DNA of 64,000 nt, taken from contig CP064977.1 in NCBI GenBank assembly GCA_016699465.1, positions 138,096 through 202,095 of the forward strand, given 5' to 3'. Positions within the stretch are counted from its first letter, which is position 1. Each line of letters opens with the position of its first letter. Shown one piece after another: positions 27,164-37,289 of the stretch. The stretch comes from Candidatus Campbellbacteria bacterium (GTDB lineage Bacteria > Patescibacteriota > Minisyncoccia > Phycocordibacterales > EsbW-18). Under the pieces are notes generated by a model that had not been told where the DNA came from, did no database searches, and saw only the letters and a list, made by a program, of their open reading frames with translations. The position numbers and the translations under genes are program-made.

Positions 27164-29077
27164 ATGTACAGTATGTTCATCATCTCAGTTGTCCCATTCA
27201 CATCAAAATCTGTCCTCGCACCCCTTTCGTATTATTTTCAAAGGGAACTTTCAAGTGGCACACTCGTGACTATTCCTTTTGGTGCACAGCGCATAGTAGG
27301 TCTCGTTATTGAATCAAAAAGTGCACACCTTGAAAAAGCATCTATTCGTCGAGCAGACTTTTCAATGAAAAAAATTGTGAGTGTTGAATCAGAAACTGCT
27401 TTTTCAAAAGAGTACATTGAAACTTGCACCGACATTGCACGTCATCATGCAACAACACTCGGTACGGTTCTCTCAACACTTGTTTCTCATCCACTTGTGC
27501 GAGCACTTCGAGAAACAAATCGAAGTACCACAACACTCATAACGCACGCAGAAGCACCTGAAGTAAAAATTTTCGAAGATACAGACGACTCTCGTATTAG
27601 CAGATACAAAGCATTAACGCGAGAATCATTTGCACACGCACTGTCTGTATGCATCGTGTGCCCAACAATTGCTGAAGCGGAACGTTTAGGACAACATCTT
27701 ATAAAAGGAATTGAGGGAAGATGTTTTGTACTTACCGGACGGCTCACTCCCAAAAAAATATTTGAGACCTATACAAGTATACTTGAAGCACAACACTCGA
27801 TCCTCGTCATCACCACACCTTCACTTGCCTTTTTTCCACGACACGACATGGGACTCTATGTTGTAGAACATGAATCATCCCTCAATTACAAACAACGCGA
27901 ACGTCCATATCTTGATTACCGATTCTGCATTGAATCATTCGCACGGCATCAAAAGTGCGACGCAATACTCGGAGATTCTTTCTTGCGAATTGAAACACTC
28001 TATCGATACTATCAACATACACTCTCAGAAGTTGCCCGCCCATCTCTCCGGCAAGAAAGTGCAAACGTCATACACATTGTTGATATGCGCACACAGCGTT
28101 CTGGAGAAAGTGCCCCTCCACTACCACTTTTCTCAAAAGAATCCCGCCTCGCAATTGCTGGCGCACTAGAAGAAAAACGCCGTCTCTTTATTTTCTGTGT
28201 TCGAAAAGGGTTTGCGCCATTCACGGTGTGCAGAGATTGTGGCCACATCCTTTCATGTGACGCATGCGATGCGCCTATGGTGTTGTACGGCTTAAAAGAT
28301 GTTCAAGAATCCCGTTCATTTAAATGTAACCGCTGTGGAAAATCAAAAAATGCACGAACGGTGTGTCCGGTATGCTCGAGTTGGCGACTAGAAGCATACG
28401 GTGTTGGTATCGAACGTATTCTCGATTTCTTAAAGACTCATCATCCTACAGCACTCACATTTGTGGTAAGTAGAGACACAACAACGACTCCGCAAAGTGC
28501 ACAAAAAGTGGTAGATGCGTGGGAAAAAACTTCCTCCGGTATTTTATTGGGAACAGAAATGTCACTTCCACACATACGTCCAAAATCTGCACATAGTGGT
28601 ATCGTTGCGTCCCTCGACACACTCACCTTTTTACCTGATTTTCATATGGGCGAACGCGTGTTCCATCTTGTAACAACTCTTGCTTCACTTGTTTCGCAAC
28701 GACTGTATATTCAAACACGCACTCCTGAATACACATCTCTAGTATATGCAAAAGCAGGAGATGGAATGGGAATGTACCGATACGAGGAAGCTTCTCGAAA
28801 AAAATTCGGCTATCCACCATTTACTCTATTCATAAAAATTTCAAGACATGGAGACAAAGAAACTGTTCTTAAAGAATTGAACGCACTCAAAGAACGATTC
28901 GCAGACTACTCGCCTGTTGTGTATCCTGCATTTGTGTCCAGAATTCGAAATTCATTTTTTGCACATCTCCTTTTGACACTCCCACGCGAGTCTTGGTCTG
29001 ACACGAAACTCGTTACAGCTCTACAAGCGCTCCCTCCACAATACGCCGTGAATGTTGATCCCGACTCACTTCTCTAG
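27164..29077 (+). CDS. priA: Primosomal protein N' (PriA) homolog with degenerate helicase motifs I and II
   Basis: Collinear with PriA: VTIPFGAQRIVGLV, ILVITTPSLAF ... YVVEHESS, RRLFIFCVRKGFAPFTVCRDCGHILSCDACD zinc ribbon, ILLGTEM. No GxGKT Walker A, and DEEH is replaced by VEHE. Confidence 0.65.
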   Translation: MYSMFIISVVPFTSKSVLAPLSYYFQRELSSGTLVTIPFGAQRIVGLVIESKSAHLEKASIRRADFSMKKIVSVESETAFSKEYIETCTDIARHHATTLGTVLSTLVSHPLVRALRETNRSTTTLITHAEAPEVKIFEDTDDSRISRYKALTRESFAHALSVCIVCPTIAEAERLGQHLIKGIEGRCFVLTGRLTPKKIFETYTSILEAQHSILVITTPSLAFFPRHDMGLYVVEHESSLNYKQRERPYLDYRFCIESFARHQKCDAILGDSFLRIETLYRYYQHTLSEVARPSLRQESANVIHIVDMRTQRSGESAPPLPLFSKESRLAIAGALEEKRRLFIFCVRKGFAPFTVCRDCGHILSCDACDAPMVLYGLKDVQESRSFKCNRCGKSKNARTVCPVCSSWRLEAYGVGIERILDFLKTHHPTALTFVVSRDTTTTPQSAQKVVDAWEKTSSGILLGTEMSLPHIRPKSAHSGIVASLDTLTFLPDFHMGERVFHLVTTLASLVSQRLYIQTRTPEYTSLVYAKAGDGMGMYRYEEASRKKFGYPPFTLFIKISRHGDKETVLKELNALKERFADYSPVVYPAFVSRIRNSFFAHLLLTLPRESWSDTKLVTALQALPPQYAVNVDPDSLL

Positions 29078-29083
29078 GTCGCC

Positions 29084-30352
29084 ATGCTCGTGATACAATA
29101 CGACCACATGACCGAGAAAAGTAAAAAAGTTTCTACAGAGCCGTACAAGGGTGTTCGGGATTTTTATCCTGAAGACATGGCGGTACAAAAATATATTTTT
29201 GGGGTATGGCGCAAAGTAAGTGAGCAGTTTGGGTATGAAGAATATGCTGCATCGATTTTAGAGCCCACAGAGTTGTATGCTTCAAAAACAAGTGATGAGA
29301 TTGTAAACGAACAAACATACACATTTACTGACCGCGGCGAACGAAGTGTAACGCTTCGTCCAGAAATGACACCGAGTGTGGCACGTATGGTGGCCGCACG
29401 AAAACGAGAACTTGCGTTCCCACTTCGTTGGTATTCAATACAAAACTTTTTTCGATACGAGCGCCCACAACGTGGTCGTGTTCGCGAGTTTTGGCAATTA
29501 AACGCCGATATGTTTGGCGTAAATAGTATTGATGCTGATGTGGAAATTATTTCGCTTGCATACCACATTATGAAAGCGTTTGGGGCAAACGATGAAGATT
29601 TTCAAATTAGAATAAATCACAGAGATTTACTACAAGAAAGAATTCTACACATGCTCCGTGATCAGTCGTCTCTGCCTCAAGCAATACGTTTGATAGATAA
29701 GAAGCAAAAAATGTCTTCAGAAACTTTTGCGGAGGCGTGGGCTACGCTCTCCAACGTGCCTTTTGTGTTTGAAACACAAAAAAAAGCAGAGGTTATAACA
29801 CGCTTAGAGTCGCGAGGAATACGAAACGTTGTTTTGGATGAACTCTTAGCACGTGGTTTTGATTACTACACAGGAATGGTATTTGAGGTTTTTGATACAA
29901 ACCCTGAAAATAACCGCTCCATCTTTGGTGGCGGACGATATGACAGATTACTTGAATTGTTTGGTGATGAAGTTGTCCCTGCCGTCGGTTTCGGGTTAGG
30001 CGATGTCACCATGCGTGATTTTCTTGAGACACACAAATTGTTGCCAGCACATATTTCAGAGACAGATATTCTGATTTGTCCAGTAAATGAAGAGAGTGTT
30101 GAACTAGCCAGTGAACTCGCTGATGAGTTTAGAAAACAAGGTGTTAGTGTTGCTGTATATCTTGGTACAAAGAAAATTGGAGATCAAATTTCACTCGCCA
30201 ACAAAAAGAAAATTCCTTTTGTTGTTGCTGTGGGCTTAGAAGAAAAAGAGCGTAATGAATTTACTCTAAAAGAACTTAAAACTGGGCGAGAAGAACTTGT
30301 TCAAAATCGAGATATTGTAGGACCCTTAAGACGTTGTGGTTTTAAAATATAA
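29084..30352 (+). CDS. hisS: Histidine--tRNA ligase
   Basis: KGVRDFYPED, motif 2 FRYERPQRGRVREFWQ, C-terminal anticodon-binding domain. Confidence 0.88.
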   Translation: MLVIQYDHMTEKSKKVSTEPYKGVRDFYPEDMAVQKYIFGVWRKVSEQFGYEEYAASILEPTELYASKTSDEIVNEQTYTFTDRGERSVTLRPEMTPSVARMVAARKRELAFPLRWYSIQNFFRYERPQRGRVREFWQLNADMFGVNSIDADVEIISLAYHIMKAFGANDEDFQIRINHRDLLQERILHMLRDQSSLPQAIRLIDKKQKMSSETFAEAWATLSNVPFVFETQKKAEVITRLESRGIRNVVLDELLARGFDYYTGMVFEVFDTNPENNRSIFGGGRYDRLLELFGDEVVPAVGFGLGDVTMRDFLETHKLLPAHISETDILICPVNEESVELASELADEFRKQGVSVAVYLGTKKIGDQISLANKKKIPFVVAVGLEEKERNEFTLKELKTGREELVQNRDIVGPLRRCGFKI

Positions 30353-30357
30353 TACCC

Positions 30358-30933
30358 ATGAAAAAAGTTGTCTTTGATATAGAAACAAGGAACATTTTTG
30401 ATGATGTTGGAAAAAATGATCCAGCACTTTTAGATATTTCAATTGTTGGTGTATATGATTACGAAACAGACACGTACACATCGTACGCTCAAGAAGAATT
30501 TCCAGCACTTTGGGCGCTTCTCGAACGAGCTGATGTGCTCATTGGTTTTAACTCAGACCACTTTGATATTCCACTTCTCAATAAATATTTTCCAGGAGAA
30601 CTCACTGCACTTAAAAGTATTGATATCATGACGTCTATAAAAGATGCTCTCGGAAGACGACTGTCACTCAACAACGTTGCAGGTGCAACACTTGGACTTA
30701 AAAAAAGTGCAGATGGACTTCAAGCATATCAGTGGTGGAAAGAAGGCAGGGTACAAGAAATTCGCGACTACTGTCTTCAAGATGTAAAAGTAACCAAGGA
30801 TTTGTACGAACACATCGTTGCACATAAAAAAATAAAATATCGTGACGGTCAAGATCTTAAAGAACTTACCCTTGACACATCCGAGTGGGATAAGGGTGGT
30901 GATCACGCACTTACCTATTCTCTTGGTTTCTAG
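30358..30933 (+). CDS. DEDDh 3'-5' exonuclease (DnaQ/RNase T-like)
   Basis: Exo I FDIET, Exo II FNSDHFDIP, Exo III YCLQDVKVTKDLYEH. Confidence 0.75.
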   Translation: MKKVVFDIETRNIFDDVGKNDPALLDISIVGVYDYETDTYTSYAQEEFPALWALLERADVLIGFNSDHFDIPLLNKYFPGELTALKSIDIMTSIKDALGRRLSLNNVAGATLGLKKSADGLQAYQWWKEGRVQEIRDYCLQDVKVTKDLYEHIVAHKKIKYRDGQDLKELTLDTSEWDKGGDHALTYSLGF

Positions 30934-31032
30934 CCACCACACGGTTCGCCATACCACATACGTGGTAAACGAGTATCTCATGAGGTATACTTTCCCGTAT
31001 TACAGACATAATAATTAGAAGATTTATACTAT

Positions 31033-31755
31033 ATGCAAGAAAACAAATTTCTCATCCCGCTAGCAGTTGTCGTTGCCGGTGCGCTTGTAGCTGGTGCTGT
31101 CATGTTTCGTGATAAAACACCAAAAACAGCAACACCAACAGAAGATCCTGTTGTTGTTGAACCAGTTACTGCAAGTGATCGCATTATTGGAAATCCAAAT
31201 GCGCCAATTATTGTCGTAGAGTACTCAGATACTGAGTGCCCATTCTGTAAGACATTCCAACAAACAATGCACCGCATCATGGATACGTACGGCCCCCTTG
31301 GACAAGTAGCGTGGGTATACCGACATGCACCAATCGTACAATTACACCCAAAGGCATTCAAAGAAGCTGAGGCAGTTGAATGTGCCGGGGAACAAGGTGG
31401 CAACACCATGTTCTGGAAGTATTTGGACAAAGTATACGAAATAACTCCTTCAAATAACGACCTCGATCCTGCAGAACTTCCAAAAATTGCACAAGAATTT
31501 GGTCTCAACATGGCTACGTTCAACACATGTTTGGAAAGTGGAAAATACACAGAGAAAGTACAAAAAAGTGTCGACGCTGCCATTAAGGCAACCAACGGAA
31601 AATTGGGAACACCATTCAGTGTAATTCTCTCTCCCGACGGAACAGCACTTCCTATTAGAGGAGCTGAATCGTTTGACGTTATGAAGCAAACAATACAAAC
31701 ACTTCTTCTCTCGGTTGGCACAAGCACACAAGCAACAACAACGCCCGCAAACTAG
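31033..31755 (+). CDS. DsbA-family thiol:disulfide oxidoreductase, membrane-anchored
   Basis: N-terminal TM, CPFC active site, thioredoxin-fold length. Confidence 0.8.
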   Translation: MQENKFLIPLAVVVAGALVAGAVMFRDKTPKTATPTEDPVVVEPVTASDRIIGNPNAPIIVVEYSDTECPFCKTFQQTMHRIMDTYGPLGQVAWVYRHAPIVQLHPKAFKEAEAVECAGEQGGNTMFWKYLDKVYEITPSNNDLDPAELPKIAQEFGLNMATFNTCLESGKYTEKVQKSVDAAIKATNGKLGTPFSVILSPDGTALPIRGAESFDVMKQTIQTLLLSVGTSTQATTTPAN

Positions 31756-31789
31756 TCGGAAGAACCTACCTAAAAACAAAAACACCCTG

Positions 31790-34729
31790 TTATGCAGGGT
31801 GTTTTTTGTGTGTAATCATTTTTCCGAGGGTACAGTACTGACAGCTACGTTCCGTACACGTTGAGTTCCAAAATGAAAGTTCACGAATCTCTTCGGCAAC
31901 TCGTGCAATGGTCTGCGTAAGTTCCTGAACATGGGCATCGGTAAGCTCAAATAGTTCATTTCGGAAAACACCTTTTGTATCAGGTTCTACAAAAATGAGT
32001 GCCCCCTGACGTGCCGTATAAAGTCCCTCAAGAGAAAGAATGAGGCGATAAAAAACAAGCTGTCGAAAATAATCTCCGTTACTATTTTTTGTTTTACCCT
32101 CAATCTCATTTCGACTTTTTGGTTTGCCTGTTTTGTAATCAACAACAGAAACGACCGAATCCCCACCTGTGTGCATATCCACACGATCAATAACTCCCCG
32201 TAGCTCGACATGGTGGGCTTGAGGTAATGGAAGCACGGCACGTACGGAATGTTCCCACAATGAAAGCCGTGGATGTGTTGGCTTATGAGTATTCCAGAAT
32301 TTTTCGATAACATGCATCCCCTTATGTACAAACAATTCTTCCTCGCGTTCTGAAATCGCACTTTGAAGTGCAGCTTTGTGAATACTTTTTTGTAGATACA
32401 TGTGTGTCACTTTCTTTCCTGAAGCTTCTCGTTCACCGAGCAACCGAAGTGTCATGTGGAGCATGGTACCAAACCGTTGTGGTGAACTCGGAGCTGTTGG
32501 AATACGGAGAAGATTTACAAAAAAATATTTCCACGGACACGAAAGATAATTATTAAGCGCAGAAACAGAAAATCCCTGCTCAGAAAAAAGCCGATTGAGA
32601 AATTCTTTTTCTGCAATATCGAGCCCTACAGCAATCGGTTCAGCAAAAGAAAGTTTTTTTGTAATATCCTGAAGAATACGCGCCGTGGTGTCTGTTGTTT
32701 CTCGCACAACAACACGCGCATCAAGCTCCTCAATAAACTGCGACGGAGTTTTTGGTGAGCCGCTCATGTCTGTTTTTGGAAATGTGAGAACCACTTCCTT
32801 TTTTGCGCGTGTCAAAGCAACGTACAACAACCGTCGCTCATCATCATCACTTGTTTCAATAAGTGACGGGACGGTAAACAACGAGCGTTTTTTACGATTT
32901 CCCCAATGCCCATCAACCACGTCTGTGATATAGACATGTTCAAACTCAAGCCCCTTTGCTCGATGTGCCGTCATGAGCGTTACCGCTGATACAAGGCCTG
33001 TATCAGGAAGCATTTTGAGCGTACTACCGTGCTCTTCCATAATAGCAATATGTTCAAGAAAGTCGGAAAGTTTGTACATCCCAACACCTGTCGAAAGTGT
33101 TTTAACCTCCTGAAACAAAACCTCCAGGGCCTTCAAAGTATCTGCAGATCCTGGCGCACGAATAACCGATGCAATAAAATTCGATTCACGCACCACACTA
33201 TCAAACACCTCAATAAATGGACGTGTCCGTCCGCGTTGTGACCACGAAAGTATCTTTGAAAAACTATTGAGTATGTGTGCACTCTCTTCAATACCAGCAT
33301 CTGTGAGATATTTTTTTGACGAAAGAACTGTTGAAAGCGGAATGCGTTTTATGCTTGCGTACGTCAGTGCTTTATATGCATCAAGAGAATGAATCTCTAA
33401 AAATGGCGCGAAGAGTATCTCGCCCAACAACATACTATCGGTAACATGATGTATAAGATTAAAAAGTTGAATGAGAGTATGAATGTGTGTATTTTCGAGC
33501 ACATTAACATTTGATTTAATAACGAACGGAATAGTTGTGCGCTCAAGGAGTGTTGCCAATTCGTGTGCATCAGTATTATCACGATAGATAAGAGCTATTT
33601 CTTCCCATGGAGTTCCTTCAGCGTGCACCCGCTCTATTTCGTGAATCAAAAACGCACGTTCTTCTGAATCCGTACCACACGTAACTACCCGCACGCGCGA
33701 TGTTCCTTTCCGCGCGGATTGCAACGGAACACGAAGTTTTTGTATATCATGCGACATTGCCCCAGAAGATATTAAACCGTGTGCCGCATCTAAAATACTT
33801 TGTCCTGAACGATAGTTACTTGTAAGGAAAATAAGTTTCGCCGTATGGTATCGTTTTTTAAAATAGAGAAAATTTTCCAATGATGCACCTTGAAAACGAA
33901 AGATCGCCTGTTTTTCATCACCAACAATAAGAAGATTCGGCGTATCATCATACGAAGAAAGTAATTCAAGTATGGCATTCTGTGATGCGTTTGCGTCTTG
34001 ATGTTCGTCAGCAAGAATGTACTGGAATCGTTCTTGAAGCGTTGCCCGAAGTGTCTCGTGTTCTTTAAGCGCCGTTACCACATCCAAAAGCATGTCATCA
34101 AAATCAAATGATTTATTCTTAGTAAGCGCTTTTTCATATTCTTCATACACAATAGCAAGTTCAGTATTGCGTCCATATCGAACGGCGTCTTCTTGTTGCT
34201 CTTTATTTTCTAAAAGTGCTTTAAATTTCTCAGCAGTACTCCCTTCACGTTTAAGGGATTGAATCGCCTTGAGTGCGTCATTCACATAGTGAAATGGACT
34301 TCCAAACGGCTTGATATGTGTAAATGTGTGACGCTCAATAATTTCTCGAACAATTTTTATCTGCTCAATATCTCGGATATGGTGCGAACCAATAATACGA
34401 GGAAAATATTCTGGGTAACGACTAATAACGTCATTTGCAAACCCATGAAATGTATTAATGTGTACACGATACGCATCCGTGCCAATAATCTCAAACAACT
34501 TCGTACGCATGGATGACACGGCACTTTCGGTAAACGTCAGAGCTAAAATAGAGCTTGCTGAGGCATCTGTTTTCTGCAATATATTTGCTATACGGAGAGT
34601 CAGAAGTGTCGTCTTACCAGTACCAGGACCTGCAATGACCATCACTGGCCCATAAATCGTGTCTACGGCCTTTTTTTGCTCAGCATTGAGTGCTTTATAT
34701 TGTTTTTGAAATACAGGACTTGTGCGCAT
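31790..34729 (-). CDS. UvrD/PcrA-family helicase fused to a C-terminal PD-(D/E)xK (RecB/AddB-like) nuclease domain (start trimmed to MRTSPVF)
   Basis: Walker A AGPGTGKTT; C-terminal GVIDRVD ... VVDYKTGK with a Cys cluster ending CQYC. Confidence 0.75.
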   Translation of the reverse strand: MRTSPVFQKQYKALNAEQKKAVDTIYGPVMVIAGPGTGKTTLLTLRIANILQKTDASASSILALTFTESAVSSMRTKLFEIIGTDAYRVHINTFHGFANDVISRYPEYFPRIIGSHHIRDIEQIKIVREIIERHTFTHIKPFGSPFHYVNDALKAIQSLKREGSTAEKFKALLENKEQQEDAVRYGRNTELAIVYEEYEKALTKNKSFDFDDMLLDVVTALKEHETLRATLQERFQYILADEHQDANASQNAILELLSSYDDTPNLLIVGDEKQAIFRFQGASLENFLYFKKRYHTAKLIFLTSNYRSGQSILDAAHGLISSGAMSHDIQKLRVPLQSARKGTSRVRVVTCGTDSEERAFLIHEIERVHAEGTPWEEIALIYRDNTDAHELATLLERTTIPFVIKSNVNVLENTHIHTLIQLFNLIHHVTDSMLLGEILFAPFLEIHSLDAYKALTYASIKRIPLSTVLSSKKYLTDAGIEESAHILNSFSKILSWSQRGRTRPFIEVFDSVVRESNFIASVIRAPGSADTLKALEVLFQEVKTLSTGVGMYKLSDFLEHIAIMEEHGSTLKMLPDTGLVSAVTLMTAHRAKGLEFEHVYITDVVDGHWGNRKKRSLFTVPSLIETSDDDERRLLYVALTRAKKEVVLTFPKTDMSGSPKTPSQFIEELDARVVVRETTDTTARILQDITKKLSFAEPIAVGLDIAEKEFLNRLFSEQGFSVSALNNYLSCPWKYFFVNLLRIPTAPSSPQRFGTMLHMTLRLLGEREASGKKVTHMYLQKSIHKAALQSAISEREEELFVHKGMHVIEKFWNTHKPTHPRLSLWEHSVRAVLPLPQAHHVELRGVIDRVDMHTGGDSVVSVVDYKTGKPKSRNEIEGKTKNSNGDYFRQLVFYRLILSLEGLYTARQGALIFVEPDTKGVFRNELFELTDAHVQELTQTIARVAEEIRELSFWNSTCTERSCQYCTLGKMITHKKHPA

Positions 34730-34788
34730 GAATCCTATTGTAGCATTTTTGAAAAGACCGACGCTTACAGATATAGTATAAAAAAATA

Positions 34789-34811
34789 AGGCCGGAAAGT
34801 ATTTCCGGCCA
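34789..34811 (-). terminator. Hairpin ggccggaaa/tttccggcc plus T-run terminating the small GC-rich gene
   Basis: 9-bp stem; a T7 run follows on the minus strand. Confidence 0.55.
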
Positions 34812-34825
34812 ACGTACACGACGAC

Positions 34826-35019
34826 TTACTCGTCACCTCTTCCCGCTCTTCCACCCCTCCTCTTAGGCCTCGAGGGGTGCCCCTGCTTGGCGAGAAACTC
34901 CTCGCTGGGGCCAATCGGCGCCGAGGCCGAACGAAGCCTTTCAAGTAGCCTGCGCTGCTCTTCGTTCAGAATTGGGCCCTGCTGGCCCCGGAACCCTCGT
35001 TCATCACCTTTTGTTGCCA
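34826..35019 (-). CDS. Small GC-rich hypothetical protein (64 aa) with an Arg/Gly-rich C-terminus
   Basis: Perfect SD AGGAGGAG 5 nt before the ATG, own terminator, GC well above background. Confidence 0.4.
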
Positions 35020-35223
35020 TAGCTCCTCCTGCATTAAACAGTCCGTTTTGATTTGTACCACATGTATTCAAGTATCGCAATGTTTTTATTCTCAACAATG
35101 AGTTGGGCTTGACAATACAAGTCAATGATTATAGAGTTGTCTCATGCATTACATGCATTCACAACTTAATAAAAACGTCTCTGGCCCTATCTTTGGCCTT
35201 TTTGCCATTGATACACAGACAGT

Positions 35224-35311
35224 TTTTGTGTAGCCGTGAATGCTGTAACTCCTACGTATTCAATTCTTGTTAAAGAACTCTCGGCTACACAAAAGCCGAG
35301 ATTTTGTGTAG
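35224..35311. promoter_or_regulatory. Three copies of TTTTGTGTAG (one inverted) in the GNAT leader; candidate operator
   Basis: ttttgtgtagccg at 35224, cggctacacaaaa at 35282, ttttgtgtag at 35302; GGAGG RBS at 35336. Confidence 0.3.
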
Positions 35312-35346
35312 TACTGTTCTTTCACACAACGACAACGGAGGATGTC

Positions 35347-35919
35347 ATGGAAACCAAGACTGCGTTTTTGAATGGGAAGCTCGTTTCTCTTCGCCCTGTC
35401 AACGAGAACGACGCCGATACTCTTGTTCGATGGATCAATGATCCGGAAGTCACCCACTTTATCTCTTCGGGTGTTTTTCCGAACTCACACGCACAAGAGG
35501 TTTCGTGGATTCGTGGACTCGATGACAAAAAGGACAATCTTGTTCTTGTCATTGAAACCGCGAAAGGTATTCCTATCGGAACCGTCGGCCTTCACAGAAT
35601 CAATTGGGTCGACCGTACAGGAACCACCGGAGCACTCATCGGTGAAAAAGAATACTGGGGAAAGGGATATGGCACCGAAGCCAAGATACTCCTTCTCCAT
35701 CACGCATTCACGAGAATGAACCTGCGAACCATTTCCTCGTCGGTCATTGCTTTCAACGAACGCTCCTACCGGGCACTTCGCAAGCAGGGATACGTTGAGG
35801 TGGGACGTATGCCCAAGTGGCATTATCGTGACGGAAAGTATCACGATCAGATCATGCTCATTCTCACCAAACAAGCGTTCATGCGCAAGTGGAACATCTT
35901 CAAGACTTCTCTCGTCTAG
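35347..35919 (+). CDS. GNAT-family N-acetyltransferase (RimJ/RimL-like); start moved to the METKTAF Met that carries the RBS
   Basis: GNAT acetyl-CoA region VGLHRINWVDRTGTTGALIGEKEYWGKGYGTEA. Confidence 0.7.
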   Translation: METKTAFLNGKLVSLRPVNENDADTLVRWINDPEVTHFISSGVFPNSHAQEVSWIRGLDDKKDNLVLVIETAKGIPIGTVGLHRINWVDRTGTTGALIGEKEYWGKGYGTEAKILLLHHAFTRMNLRTISSSVIAFNERSYRALRKQGYVEVGRMPKWHYRDGKYHDQIMLILTKQAFMRKWNIFKTSLV

Positions 35920-35922
35920 TCA

Positions 35923-35956
35923 CAAAAAAGACCGGCTCTCGGCGCCGGTCTTTTTT
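35923..35956. terminator. Bidirectional terminator between the GNAT gene and rpoD
   Basis: A6-gaccggc ... gccggtc-T6. Confidence 0.7.
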
Positions 35957-35976
35957 CTATAAGCTAAAAGCTATCA

Positions 35977-36000
35977 GCTAACAAGCTCAAAAATTACATT
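35977..36000. repeat. Perfect 10-bp inverted repeat CAAAAATTAC-ATTA-GTAATTTTTG overlapping the rpoD stop codon
   Basis: Read directly. Confidence 0.6.
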
Positions 36001-37258
36001 AGTAATTTTTGAGTTGCTGTGCCTTCTGGTGATGACGAATTTTTTCGTGTGCTTTTGCTTCGATTTGTCGAATACGCTCACGAGTCACACCAAACTCCTT
36101 CCCCACTTCTTCAAGAGTATGAGCAATACCATCAGCGAGTCCGTTTCGAAGCTCCAGAATTTTTCTCTCCTTTGGAGAAAGTTCACCCAGGACTTCTTTG
36201 ATGTGTTCGGCGAGAATTCGTTGCGATGATTCCTTGTCAGGCGATGGAAGATGTTCATCCTTTAGAAAATCACCAAGCGTTGAGCCTTTTTCATCATCAT
36301 CTCCAACAGGAAGTTCAAGTGATACTGTGTTTTGGTTAATCTGTTGAATGTGGTGAATTTTATCAACGTCCATGTCCATTTCAACTGCAATTTCTTCAGG
36401 AAGTGGTTCACGCCCCAAATCTTGAGCCAGACGGCGAACGATACGCTTGTATTTTGCAATGGTTTCAACCATGTGCACAGGAATACGAATGGTGCGTGAC
36501 TGATCGGCAATAGCACGTGTTACTGCCTGACGAATCCACCACGTTGCATACGTCGAAAACTTATACCCTTTTGTCCAATCAAATTTTTCTACTGCCTTAA
36601 AAAGACCAATGTTCCCCTCTTGAATGAGATCGAGAAGCGTTAGATTTGAACTTCGATTTGCATATTTTTTTGCAATAGACACCACAAGACGAAGGTTGGC
36701 ACGTGCAAGAACATTTTTTGCCTCTTCATCACCCTGCTCAATACGTCGCGCCAAATCTTTTTCCATCGCCGCGGAAATAAGATCATACTTACCAATATCT
36801 CTCAGGTACATTTGAATGGAATCGAAACGACCTTCATCTTTATGGTATACATTTTTCTCTAGACCAGCTTCCCCGCCAAAATCGAGCAACCCACCACTTT
36901 CAATAACATCAATACCTTCCGTATCGAACGTATCATAGAGCTCTTCAAGAAAGAGTACATTGTCCTCAATATTTGGAAACTCTTTTAAAATTTCATCATA
37001 CGTAATAAAACCTCGTTCGCGCCCTTTTTGGTACAGTTTATTTGCCTTGTCTTGGAGTGCGTGTTCTTTTTTCGACATCTTTTTGGGAATTTTTTGTGCC
37101 GGAACAACAACACTTTTCTTGGGTACGCGCACAGAAGCTGTAGACACCACCTTTTTTTGTACAACCTTTTTTGGTTGTATCTTTCGTGGTGCCGTTTTTG
37201 TTTTACGAACAGTACGCCGTGCAGTTTGTTTTGTGCGTTTTACTTTTGTTTTTTTCAT
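35999..37258 (-). CDS. rpoD: RNA polymerase primary sigma factor with a Lys-rich N-terminal tail
   Basis: Regions 2-4: [33 protein letters not shown]-terminal HTH. Confidence 0.93.
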   Translation of the reverse strand: MKKTKVKRTKQTARRTVRKTKTAPRKIQPKKVVQKKVVSTASVRVPKKSVVVPAQKIPKKMSKKEHALQDKANKLYQKGRERGFITYDEILKEFPNIEDNVLFLEELYDTFDTEGIDVIESGGLLDFGGEAGLEKNVYHKDEGRFDSIQMYLRDIGKYDLISAAMEKDLARRIEQGDEEAKNVLARANLRLVVSIAKKYANRSSNLTLLDLIQEGNIGLFKAVEKFDWTKGYKFSTYATWWIRQAVTRAIADQSRTIRIPVHMVETIAKYKRIVRRLAQDLGREPLPEEIAVEMDMDVDKIHHIQQINQNTVSLELPVGDDDEKGSTLGDFLKDEHLPSPDKESSQRILAEHIKEVLGELSPKERKILELRNGLADGIAHTLEEVGKEFGVTRERIRQIEAKAHEKIRHHQKAQQLKNY

Positions 37259-37289
37259 ACAATGTGTTTAGTATTACAAATGTATTAGA

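Noticed and set aside
34730-34790. Extended -10 promoter (TGcTACAAT) immediately upstream of the helicase-nuclease start
   Set aside because: It has a plausible extended -10 but no -35, and it lies only about 7 nt from the ATG, which would imply a leaderless mRNA. Noted but not annotated.
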